Assembly (NCBI GenBank): GCA_963816355.1 | Contig: CAWFKH010000005.1 | Location: forward strand, 64,001 to 128,000 | Reading direction: 5' to 3' | Source: an uncultured Gemmatimonadales bacterium | GTDB lineage: Bacteria > Gemmatimonadota > Gemmatimonadetes > Longimicrobiales > RSA9 | DNA: 64,000 nucleotides | Part shown: in pieces, positions 26,574 to 34,780 of the stretch | How the letters are laid out: every line of letters starts with the position of its first letter | Position numbering within the stretch: position 1 is the stretch's first letter | Program-made: the position numbers and the translations under genes | The notes under the pieces: generated by a model | What the model was told of the DNA's origin: nothing | Databases searched by the model: none | Seen by the model: the letters and a program-made list of their open reading frames with translations, nothing else

Positions 26574-27031
26574 GGTTCTCCGTTCGGACTTCGTCGGCCG
26601 GGCGCCGCCGGGCGCCGCACCGCGGCCAGGTCGAACTGTCGGGCAGATACACTGAATGGCTACCCACGGTTCGCCGCCGCGTCAAGCGAGGTGGCCGCAA
26701 CGTTCCGGCGCCCCCGTGCGTTCGCGAGAGCGCCGGCCGACCCGTCCGGCGCCACTCCCGCCGCGAGACCGCCGTGTCAGCATCCACGTTCTCGCACCAT
26801 CCCGGCTGCGGCCTCGCGGGCGGTCGCGGCCCCGGTTCGACGGGCCGACAGGTCGGGCTCCGGATCACACTCGGTCCCGGGATGCGAGCGGCCCGTGAGC
26901 GACAGGGGCCCTGCCGGCCTCGGGTGGCGTCGCGCGCCGCGCGCACGTGCCCGGTACGCCGCGGGCGGTGGCGCGGGGCCGCCGGACCCGATGGGCCGCG
27001 GATGCGGCCACGGCGGCCGAACGGAGCGGGG

Positions 27032-27061
27032 TTGACGGGGCGCCGCGGGCGCCGCTACGCT
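27032..27061 (+). promoter_or_regulatory. Candidate sigma70 promoter TTGACG-N18-TACGCT
   Basis: Consensus-like hexamers 30 nt upstream of ATG 27092. Confidence 0.5.
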
Positions 27062-27091
27062 CGACTCACACCCCCACGCGGAGAAGCACGC

Positions 27092-27943
27092 ATGCAACGC
27101 CGCACCGCCACGCCCGGCCGTCCATCGCTGCGTGCCCGCGCGATTCGGCCAGCCTGCGTCGCGCTCACGCGGGCCGCGGCCGCGACGGCCGCGGCGTTCC
27201 TGGCCTCGGCGTTCCTCGCCGCCGGAGCCGTGCCCGCGGCGGCGCAAGGGGTGAGGGGGATCGTCATCGACGCCGCGACGGAGCAGCCGGTCGACGGCGC
27301 CGACGTCGTGCTGCTCGACACGCTCGGCAACCGGATCAACGCCGTGAGCAGCGACACCACCGGCCGTTTCCTGCTCCTGATCACCGCGTCCGGCCGCTAC
27401 CAGTTGCGCGCCTCGCGGATCGGCTACAAGGACTCGATGAGTCGGCCGATCTACCTCGATCGGCACGAGTTGCTGCCGGTGGAGCTGCGGCTCTCGACGG
27501 AAGCGATCGAGATCGCACCGCTGACGGTGACGGCGAACACCACGATGTTCGACCGCGACATGGCGGGATTCCGCAGGCGCGCGCGGGAGGACGGCTTCGG
27601 CTATTTCATGACCCCGGAGCAGCTGAAGGGCATGCACCTGCCCCGCGCCTCGAGCTATCTGGCGCGAGCGCCGGGGATCCGCATCAGGTACGGGCAGGGC
27701 GGTCGCGCTCTCATCCTGCTCTCGCACGCCGGCCGGACGTGTTCGCCGAACCTCGTCATCGATGGGTTGCCTTACGCGGTGGACGGGTCACTTTCCATCG
27801 ACGACCTGCTCCGCCCGGACGAAGTCCACGCGGTCGAGGTGTACGGCCGAGTGGAGGACGTGCCGCCGCACTTCCTCGGCTTCCGGCCGAACTGCGGCGC
27901 CGTCGTGGTGTGGACCAACAGAGGGCAAGGATGGAACCGGTGA
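27092..27943 (+). CDS. Exported carboxypeptidase-regulatory-like plus TonB-plug-like protein, paralog 1
   Basis: Signal; VRGIVIDAATEQPVDGADV...SD..G.F.L....G.Y.LRASRIGY; CSPNLVIDG...VHAVEVY...CGAVVVWT. Confidence 0.8.
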   Translation: MQRRTATPGRPSLRARAIRPACVALTRAAAATAAAFLASAFLAAGAVPAAAQGVRGIVIDAATEQPVDGADVVLLDTLGNRINAVSSDTTGRFLLLITASGRYQLRASRIGYKDSMSRPIYLDRHELLPVELRLSTEAIEIAPLTVTANTTMFDRDMAGFRRRAREDGFGYFMTPEQLKGMHLPRASSYLARAPGIRIRYGQGGRALILLSHAGRTCSPNLVIDGLPYAVDGSLSIDDLLRPDEVHAVEVYGRVEDVPPHFLGFRPNCGAVVVWTNRGQGWNR

Positions 27944-28764
27944 TGCCGATCTCGAATGACCGCGCGCTGACACCGTTCGCCGCGGGGCTCGCGCTGCTCA
28001 CGCTCCTCGGCGCCGCGACGCCGGCGGCCGCCCAGATGATCGGCGGCCACGTCCGGGAAGCGGGATCGAGCGCTCCCATCGCGGGAGCGGAAGTCGCGCT
28101 CCTCGATACGCTGGACCAGGCCGTGGCGACGACCGAGTCGGACGAGACCGGCTACTTCATCCTGGACGCGAAGGTGGCGGGCGTGTACCGGCTGCGGGCC
28201 ACCCGCATCGGGTACACGTCGGTAACGGCGCCGCCGGTCCACCTCCTGGAGAACCGCTACGCGTCGGTCGAACTGCGACTGGCCACGGACGCGGTCCCGA
28301 TCTCGCCGCTCACCGTCATCGCGCGGCCGGGCGCTTTCGAGCGCGACATGGCGGGCTTCCACATGCGCATGCGCGAGGGCTTCGGCCACTTCATCACGCC
28401 GGAGGAGATCAAACGGCACCATCAGGCCCTCGCCACGAGCTACGTGGGCGCGACGCCCGGCGTCGTCGTGCTGCACGCGCACGGGCGCGGGATCGTCACC
28501 ATGCGCGGACAGGGCACGACGCGATGCCTGCCGATCATCCTCCTCGACGGCGCCCCGATTCCGCTGGACAACCAGCGTTCGCTCGACGACCTGATTCCCG
28601 CGGGCGATGTCTACGCGATCGAGGTCTACAACAATCCGAGGCAGGTGCCGCAGTGGGTGGGCAGCTACATGACACGGGTCGGCGAAGGATCCCGCACGAT
28701 GACGACCGGGTGCGGCGCCATCCTGGTGTGGACCGACCGGCGGCCGCAGGCGGAGAAGCCGTGA
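27943..28764 (+). CDS. Exported carboxypeptidase-regulatory-like plus TonB-plug-like protein, paralog 2
   Basis: TGATG overlap; same architecture (LRATRIGY, GFGHFITPE, CLPIILLDG, VYAIEVY, CGAILVWT). Confidence 0.8.
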   Translation: MPISNDRALTPFAAGLALLTLLGAATPAAAQMIGGHVREAGSSAPIAGAEVALLDTLDQAVATTESDETGYFILDAKVAGVYRLRATRIGYTSVTAPPVHLLENRYASVELRLATDAVPISPLTVIARPGAFERDMAGFHMRMREGFGHFITPEEIKRHHQALATSYVGATPGVVVLHAHGRGIVTMRGQGTTRCLPIILLDGAPIPLDNQRSLDDLIPAGDVYAIEVYNNPRQVPQWVGSYMTRVGEGSRTMTTGCGAILVWTDRRPQAEKP

Positions 28765-28789
28765 TGGAGAGACCCGCGGCCCGGTCGAG

Positions 28790-29599
28790 GTGAGGGAGCC
28801 GGTGCTCCGAGCGGTTCGACACGGGCACGGGACCGCGCTCGCGCTCGTCGGCGGATCGATCCTGGCCGCGGCGCTCCTCGGCGGCACGGCGGCGGCGGCT
28901 TCGGCGCAGGTCGTGTCCGGACGCGTGATCGACGCGTCGTCGGGTGAGGGAGTGGCGACGGCGGGCGTGGTGCTGCTCGATTCGCTGTCGCAGCCCGTCG
29001 CCGCGGCCACGGCCGACAGCGTAGGCGGCTTCGTGCTCGAGGCGCCGGCGGCCGGGGCCTACCGGTTGCGCGCCTCCCGCATCGGCTACAAGGAGGTCAC
29101 GACGAAGCCGGTCGATCTGGCGGACGACCAGTTTCTATCGGTGGAGCTGCGCCTCTCCACCGAGGCCGTGCTGATCGACGCGCTCACCGTCAACGTCCGG
29201 CGCACGCGCTTCGATCGCGACATCGCCGGCTTCAGTGCGCGGAAGAGGGAGGGCTTCGGGCATTTCGTCACGCCCAATGTGATCCAGCGGCTGCACCTCT
29301 CGCGGGCGTCGAACTACGTGCAGCGGGTGTCGGGAGTCCACGTTCGTTACGGCAGCGGCGGCCGTTCGATCGTCACGTTGACCCACCTGGACATCACCTG
29401 CGTCCCGAACCTGATGATCGACGGCACGCCGGCGCAGCTCGATGAATCGATGTCGATCGACGATTACGTGCAGCCCCAGGAAGTCTACGCGATCGAGGTG
29501 TACACCAATCCGAGGCACGTACCGCACTGGGTCTCCGGCTTCCATCCGGGCTGCGGCGCGATCGTCATCTGGACCAACCGCGGGCGCCGGACGCGATAG
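28790..29599 (+). CDS. Exported carboxypeptidase-regulatory-like plus TonB-plug-like protein, paralog 3
   Basis: Same architecture (LRASRIGY, GFGHFVTP, CVPNLMIDG, VYAIEVY, CGAIVIWT). Confidence 0.8.
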   Translation: MREPVLRAVRHGHGTALALVGGSILAAALLGGTAAAASAQVVSGRVIDASSGEGVATAGVVLLDSLSQPVAAATADSVGGFVLEAPAAGAYRLRASRIGYKEVTTKPVDLADDQFLSVELRLSTEAVLIDALTVNVRRTRFDRDIAGFSARKREGFGHFVTPNVIQRLHLSRASNYVQRVSGVHVRYGSGGRSIVTLTHLDITCVPNLMIDGTPAQLDESMSIDDYVQPQEVYAIEVYTNPRHVPHWVSGFHPGCGAIVIWTNRGRRTR

Positions 29600-29641
29600 G
29601 GCACGTCCCTCAGCCGGCCCGGCGGGCGGCGCCGCGGAGCT

Positions 29642-30607
29642 TCACGCCTCTTCGCCCAGGATCGCGGCCAACACCTTCAGGTCCACGTTCCCGCCGGACA
29701 CGACACACACGACCGGACCGTCCCCCATCTCCCGCGCGTGAGTCAGCGCCACCGCGAGCGGCGCGGCGCCCGCGCCCTCGGCCACCACCCGGGCGCGCTG
29801 CGCGAGCAGCCGCATCGCGGCCCGGATCTGCTCCAGCGAAGCGGTGCGCGCACCGGCGAGCAGGGCGCTCGCGAGAGGCCACATCTCCGCGAGCACGCTC
29901 TTGCCGCCGATGCCGTCGACGAAGCTGCGGCGGTGCTCGACCGCCTGCGGCGACCCGGCCGCCAGCGAAGCCCCGAGCGGCGCCGCCGTCTCCACCTCGC
30001 AGGCGAGCACGCGCGTGGCGGGCGAGCGGGCGAGCGCCGCCGCCGCGATGCCGCATGACAGTCCCCCGCCGCCGTAAGGCACCAGAATCGTCGCGGTCTC
30101 CGGCAGGTCGTCGAGGATCTCGGCGCCGATCGTCGCGTTGCCGGTGATGACCGCCTGATCGGAGACCGGGTGGACGAAGAGGCCCTCCATGCCGTCCGCC
30201 TCGTGACGCACCAGCACCTGCCACCACTCGTCGTACGGAACGGGGACGACGCGCCCGCCCAGCCGCTCGACCGCCTCCACCTTCGTGCGCGGCGCGCCGT
30301 CGGGAACGACGACGCTGCACGCCACGCCCAGCTCGCGCGCGCTCCACGCCACCCCCTGCGCCATGTTGCCCGCGCTCGCCGTGTACACGCCGCGCGAGAG
30401 ACGCCCGGCGCCCGCCTGCGCCAGCGCGTTGTAGGCGCCGCGCAGCTTGAAGGAGCCGATCGGCTGCAGGCACTCGAGCTTGAGCCAGACCTCGAGCGGC
30501 GACTCCGGATACTCGAGGCGCACGAGCGGCGTGCGCAGCGCGACGCCGCGCAGCCGGCCGCGCGCCGCGTCGATCTCGTCCCGCGTCGGCGGGCGCAGCT
30601 CAGTCAT
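29642..30607 (-). CDS. Serine/threonine dehydratase (or racemase) family PLP enzyme, no regulatory domain
   Basis: RTPL...KLECLQPIGSFKLRGA...SAGNMAQGVA...VPYGGGGL...EGAGA...SGGNVD. Confidence 0.88.
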   Translation of the reverse strand: MTELRPPTRDEIDAARGRLRGVALRTPLVRLEYPESPLEVWLKLECLQPIGSFKLRGAYNALAQAGAGRLSRGVYTASAGNMAQGVAWSARELGVACSVVVPDGAPRTKVEAVERLGGRVVPVPYDEWWQVLVRHEADGMEGLFVHPVSDQAVITGNATIGAEILDDLPETATILVPYGGGGLSCGIAAAALARSPATRVLACEVETAAPLGASLAAGSPQAVEHRRSFVDGIGGKSVLAEMWPLASALLAGARTASLEQIRAAMRLLAQRARVVAEGAGAAPLAVALTHAREMGDGPVVCVVSGGNVDLKVLAAILGEEA

Positions 30608-31601
30608 GGCGGATTCCTCCGAGATCGACGCGCGGCACGGCCTCGTCGCCCCGCGCGTGCTCCCAGCAGAAGTGGGCCGCGGCCACGTCCTCGACGCCGA
30701 GGCCGAGGCCCTTGAAGAGCGTGATCTCCTCCGGCGAGCGGCGCCCCGGCAGCCGGCCCAGGAACAGCTCCCCGATCTCGCCGGCAATGTGGTCCTCGCC
30801 GATCGCGCCCTCGCCGCGCGCGATCAGGTACTCGCCCGCCTCGTTCTCCGCCGATTCCCGGCGATCGACCCAGAGCCGCGCGCGCGCGACCGCCTCCGCG
30901 TCCAGCTCGCGCGCACCCGGCTGACTGGCCCCGATCGCGTTGACGTGCGCCCCCGCGGCGAGCCACTCGCCCTCCACCACCGGGTCGCGGCTCGACGTGC
31001 ACGTGCAGACGATGTCGGCGCCCTCCACGGCGCTGCGCGCATCCGGCATCGCCTCGACGCGCACGTCCACGCGAGCGCTCGCGCGCTCGGCGAAGGCGCG
31101 CGCGTGCTCCGCCGTTCGGCTCCACACGCGGACGCGGCGCAGCGGCCGCACGCACGCCATCGCCTCGAGGTGCGTCGTCGCCTGTACGCCGCTGCCGAGC
31201 AGCGCGAGGTCCCCCGCGCCCGGGGTCGCCAGGGCGTCCGTCGCCGCGGCGGAGACGGCGGCCGTGCGGATGGCGGTGATCGAGCTGGCGTCGACGATCG
31301 CGGCGATGGTGCCGTGCACCCCCTCGAAGAGGAGGACCACGCCCTGGTGAGAGTCGTAGCGCGTGCCGGCGTTGCCGGGAAAGACGGAGATCGCCTTGAC
31401 GCCGAAGCTCGGCGGATCCGCGAGCGCGGCGGGCATCGTCGCGACGAGGCCGCGCCGGTCCGGCAGCCAGTGCACCGCGCGCAGCGGCTGCAGCGCCTCG
31501 CCGCGCGCGAGCGCCTCCAACGTGCGGCGCATGAGCGGGATGCAGTCGGCCATCGGCAGGTGCCGCGCGACGGCGTGCTCGTCGAGAAGGAGTACGGGCA
31601 T
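30600..31601 (-). CDS. Ornithine cyclodeaminase/mu-crystallin family protein
   Basis: MPA....GVKAISVFPGN...ITAIRTAAVS...GSGVQA..H...HVNAIG...RELD...ITLFKGLG..VED. Confidence 0.92.
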   Translation of the reverse strand: MPVLLLDEHAVARHLPMADCIPLMRRTLEALARGEALQPLRAVHWLPDRRGLVATMPAALADPPSFGVKAISVFPGNAGTRYDSHQGVVLLFEGVHGTIAAIVDASSITAIRTAAVSAAATDALATPGAGDLALLGSGVQATTHLEAMACVRPLRRVRVWSRTAEHARAFAERASARVDVRVEAMPDARSAVEGADIVCTCTSSRDPVVEGEWLAAGAHVNAIGASQPGARELDAEAVARARLWVDRRESAENEAGEYLIARGEGAIGEDHIAGEIGELFLGRLPGRRSPEEITLFKGLGLGVEDVAAAHFCWEHARGDEAVPRVDLGGIRHD

Positions 31602-31678
31602 GATCCGAAGGTGCGGAGGTCGAGGACGGAGCGGCGCGCACCGGCCCGGGCCGGTGTGGTGCCGCCAGTTACGCAGAA

Positions 31679-31752
31679 TGCGCCCGACAGGATTCGAACC
31701 TGTGACCTCGTGCTCCGGAGGCACGCGCTCTATCCAACTGAGCTACGGGCGC
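31679..31752 (-). tRNA. tRNA-Arg(CCG)
   Basis: GCGCCCGTAGCTCAGTTGGATAGAGCGCGTGCCT-CCG-GAGCACGAGGTCACAGGTTCGAATCCTGTCGGGCGCA; cloverleaf; CCA not encoded. Confidence 0.97.
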
Positions 31753-31761
31753 GACGATGGA

Positions 31762-32171
31762 GGGGAAGCGAATAAGCCGAGTTCTGTCTCCGGCGTGGCC
31801 GGAGGGGATCATTTCTCTGGGACGACGATTGCTCGCCGCCTCCTGCGGCCTACCCGGGGCTCCGCAGCCTTTCGGCCGCAACGGCGCGGGCCGCGCCTCG
31901 CCCCCTGCTTGGCCTTGCTCCGGGTGGGGTTTGCCATGCCGTCCCGGTCACCCGGTCCGCGGTGGGCTCTTACCCCACCGTTTCACCCTTGCCTGTGCCC
32001 CCGGAGGGGCCATCGGCGGTCTGCTCTCTGTTGCACTTTCCGTCGCCTCGCGACGCCCGGCCGTTAGCCGGCACCCTGCCCTGCGGAGCTCGGACTTTCC
32101 TCGGCCGCGGAACGCGTGACGCCGGTCTCCCGACGCCGCCGTCCACGGCCGCGATCCACACTCGCTTCCCC
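31762..32171 (-). ncRNA. rnpB: RNase P RNA (bacterial type A)
   Basis: GAGGAAAGUCC near the 5' end, AGUGCAACAGA, GGGUGAAACGG..GGUAAGAGC, ACAGAACUCGGCUUA at the 3' end; P1 formed by GGGGAAGCGA / UCGCUUCCCC. Confidence 0.96.
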
Positions 32172-32257
32172 GTCCTTGTCAAACAGCCGCGCCTTAACCG
32201 CCGCCGACGCTGCGTTTGAAACGAGACCCGCCACGGCGCTGCGCGCCGGACGGCCGA

Positions 32258-32331
32258 TGCGCCCGGGAGGAGTCGAACCCCCAGCCTTTGGATCCGTAGT
32301 CCAACGCTCTATCCAATTGAGCTACGGGCGC
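32258..32331 (-). tRNA. tRNA-Arg(ACG)
   Basis: GCGCCCGTAGCTCAATTGGATAGAGCGTTGGACT-ACG-GATCCAAAGGCTGGGGGTTCGACTCCTCCCGGGCGCA; CCA not encoded. Confidence 0.97.
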
Positions 32332-32492
32332 TCGCCGCTCGGGGAGGTACCCCCCAACGGACCGTCCGCGGAGCCGGATCGACCCCGCGGACGGAGCATT
32401 GAATGCTAGCGGCCCCGGCCGATCGGGTCAACCGTGCAGGGCCGCTCCGCCCGGGGCGATTCCGCGTCCGGACACGGGCGGCACGCCGGATC

Positions 32493-32909
32493 TCATTTCG
32501 GTTCCGAGATCTTCTCCACGGTCGCCTCCACGGCTCCCTCGTCCCGCACCTGCCGCGCCAGATCCGCCTGCGCCACGATGCCGACGACGCGCTCGTCGTC
32601 CACGACCGGCACGCGCCGCACCCGCTCCGCCCGCATCACCTCCATCGCCCGGTCCACGTCGTCGTCGGAGCGCACCGTGCGCGTCTGCCGCGTCATGTGC
32701 TCCGCGACGGTGCAGCTCCCATCGTGGCCCTCCGCCACGCAGCGCACCGCGATGTCGCGATCCGTGATGATCCCCGACAGGTGCTTCTCGCGGTCGATCA
32801 CCGGCACCGCGCCAAAATCGCCGTCGCGCATCACGCGCGCCGCATCCTTCACCGTATCCTCCGGGCGGACGGAGCGCGGATCCCCGGTCATGATGTCGCG
32901 GACTCGCAT
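32493..32909 (-). CDS. CBS domain protein (two CBS repeats)
   Basis: AAGGAGG RBS; MRVRDIMT...AARVM...GAVPV...GIITDRDI...VRRVPVVD...VGIV...DL. Confidence 0.92.
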   Translation of the reverse strand: MRVRDIMTGDPRSVRPEDTVKDAARVMRDGDFGAVPVIDREKHLSGIITDRDIAVRCVAEGHDGSCTVAEHMTRQTRTVRSDDDVDRAMEVMRAERVRRVPVVDDERVVGIVAQADLARQVRDEGAVEATVEKISEPK

Positions 32910-33183
32910 GGCGTGCCTCCTTCGTAACGAGTTGTTCGTGGCCGACTTGGGGAACTGGAGGACCTGCAACGGCCATGCCCGCTCCTCGCTCGAAAAACGA
33001 CTCTCTCGCGGAGGGGCGGCGCGACGCGACGCCCGCTCGGCGCCGCGCGAGAGCGCCCGTTCCTGGTCGCGCTCGCCGCCGAAACGCCGCGCGCCAGAGT
33101 CGTCCCACCTGGCCGTTCCAACGCCGGACGCCGACTCGCTGGCGCTTCGTCCGGCTCCGAGGGCGCTTCGGACTTCGATCCGC

Positions 33184-33395
33184 TTCACGCGGAGGTCGCG
33201 GTGGACGCGGAGGAACGACCTGGTTGGTGCGTCGCGCGTACCGAGCGCCGACGCGGCCGCGGCCCGCCGGCCGCCCGACCTGCGACGAACCAAACAGAAC
33301 AACTAGGAAGCCGGCCTGGCGCCGAACCTCGCTCACCGCTCGGCCTCCCGCGCAGCCAGTGATCTCCTCCGCGCCCCCCGCGCCCTCCGCGTGAA
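33184..33395. repeat. ~212-bp element bounded by 31-bp imperfect inverted repeats (MITE/REP-like)
   Basis: ttcacgcggaggtcgcggtggacgcggagga (33184..33214) versus tcctccgcgccccccgcgccctccgcgtgaa (33365..33395), 28/31 complementary. Confidence 0.75.
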
Positions 33396-33444
33396 ACCAT
33401 CCGTAGCGGCCGCGACGAAGGCCGCGTCGTGGTCTCGGGTGCGT

Positions 33445-33783
33445 GAGTCGACCTCCTTGCACGAGGTGGAGCGCATGGCGGACCACGTGGGCGCGCTGCG
33501 GGATGGCGTGCTGGAGGCCCAGCTACCCGCGGAGGAGCTGCGACGGCGGCTGCGGCGTTACCGTGCTCAGGTCCCGGCGGAGTGGGCGGGGGTGCCGGAT
33601 CTCAACGGGGCGGTGCTGCGGAGTCATCGCGCGGGCGCGGAAATCGAGTGGACGGTGTGGGGCGAGGAGGCGGAGGTGACGGAGCGGCTTCGGTCGGCGG
33701 GAGCCACGGTGCGCGACGCGGCGAAGCTCTCGCTGGACGAGGCGACGATCGTGCTGCTGTCGAGCAAGGAGGCGGGATCATGA
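33445..33783 (+). pseudogene. 3' remnant of an ABC transporter ATP-binding protein
   Basis: LHEVERMADHVGALRDG....EEL...LSLDEA resembles the post-H-loop C-terminus of ABC-2 ATPases; no Walker A/B or signature upstream; ATGA coupling to the permease. Confidence 0.7.
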
Positions 33784-34640
33784 ATGCGACGATGGCCAGG
33801 CCGGCGAAGCCGGCCGCGGTGGCGGAAGCGCAGCTGTGCGCGGCGGGCCTCGCGGTGCGCCCGGCGCTGCTGGTGGGAGGGGGGATCGTGGTGGCCGTGA
33901 CGCTCATCAGCCTGTTGCAGGTGATGGGGATCGGCGCCGCCCGGGCGCATCGGGGCAGTTTCAGTTTCGCGCCCGTGGACACATGGCCGCTCGTGCTCGT
34001 GGGGCTGTTCTTTCCGCTCGCGGTATGGCGGGGCGACGGCCCGTCGAGCCGGGACTATCACCGTTCGATGCCGGTGGGGGAGAGGTTCCACTCGCTCACG
34101 CGCGTGATTGCGGGGTGGGTGTGGCTGATGGCCGCCCTGGCCGGCTTCATCCTGTGGGGTTGGATGCTGAACCGCCTGGCGGGCGGAGCGTTCGGTGTGG
34201 AGAGGGCGGTGCAGATCACCACCAGCGGCGGCGTGCGCGTCCGGTCGGAGGTCGTGACGCCGTTCCCTCTGTGGACATGGCTGATTCCGTTCGTCCACGC
34301 AACGGTGGCCTACCTCCTCGGCTCGCTCGTGGCGCTCCGAGCCGACCGGCCCTGGATGGTCTTCGGCGGCATCATCCTCTCGTACGGGCTCCTCGTCTCC
34401 CTCCTGCAAGCGGTCGGAGCGCAGACGCTGGGCAACGCGCTCGGCAGCATCTGGAGCGGGCGCTACGGCCTGCGCGCGGCGCTCGCCTTCCCGCGGCAGG
34501 GCCCGGGACTCGCCCTCTTCCCGGCCCGGCAGTGGACGGCGGGCGACACGTTCACCTGGCTCGCCGCCGCCGTCGCGTGGGGCGGCGCCGCGGTGGTGGC
34601 AGTCGCCGCCAGCCTGCGCCCAGGCGAGCCAGGCAACTGA
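33780..34640 (+). CDS. Multi-pass membrane protein, probable ABC-2-type permease
   Basis: GGAGG RBS; about 6 hydrophobic helices; DYHRSMPV.....LTRV motif; follows the ABC remnant. Confidence 0.7.
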   Translation: MNATMARPAKPAAVAEAQLCAAGLAVRPALLVGGGIVVAVTLISLLQVMGIGAARAHRGSFSFAPVDTWPLVLVGLFFPLAVWRGDGPSSRDYHRSMPVGERFHSLTRVIAGWVWLMAALAGFILWGWMLNRLAGGAFGVERAVQITTSGGVRVRSEVVTPFPLWTWLIPFVHATVAYLLGSLVALRADRPWMVFGGIILSYGLLVSLLQAVGAQTLGNALGSIWSGRYGLRAALAFPRQGPGLALFPARQWTAGDTFTWLAAAVAWGGAAVVAVAASLRPGEPGN

Positions 34641-34691
34641 CCGCGCCCGGACGCCCGCCGCCAGCAACAAGCCCCGCCCCGCGGTCCGAGG

Positions 34692-34747
34692 CCCCCAGAC
34701 CCCCGTACCCCAGACCCCCCGCAGACCCCCTCCGCAGACCCCAGACC
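34692..34747. repeat. C-rich short repeat array (cagaccc core x5)
   Basis: ccccagacccccgtaccccagaccccccgcagaccccctccgcagaccccagacc between convergent genes. Confidence 0.7.
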
Positions 34748-34780
34748 GGTCCGGGGTCCACCCACGCCTTCGCCTCACCC

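Noticed and set aside
26574..27031. Long intergenic region as a riboswitch or ncRNA (e.g. cobalamin, ahead of TonB-like genes)
   Set aside because: GC-rich stems are possible, but I recognised no conserved riboswitch motif by eye; an Rfam/Infernal scan would be needed.
31679..32331. tRNA genes as integration sites of a genomic island
   Set aside because: No integrase, no duplicated tRNA 3' end seen, and no evident compositional shift.
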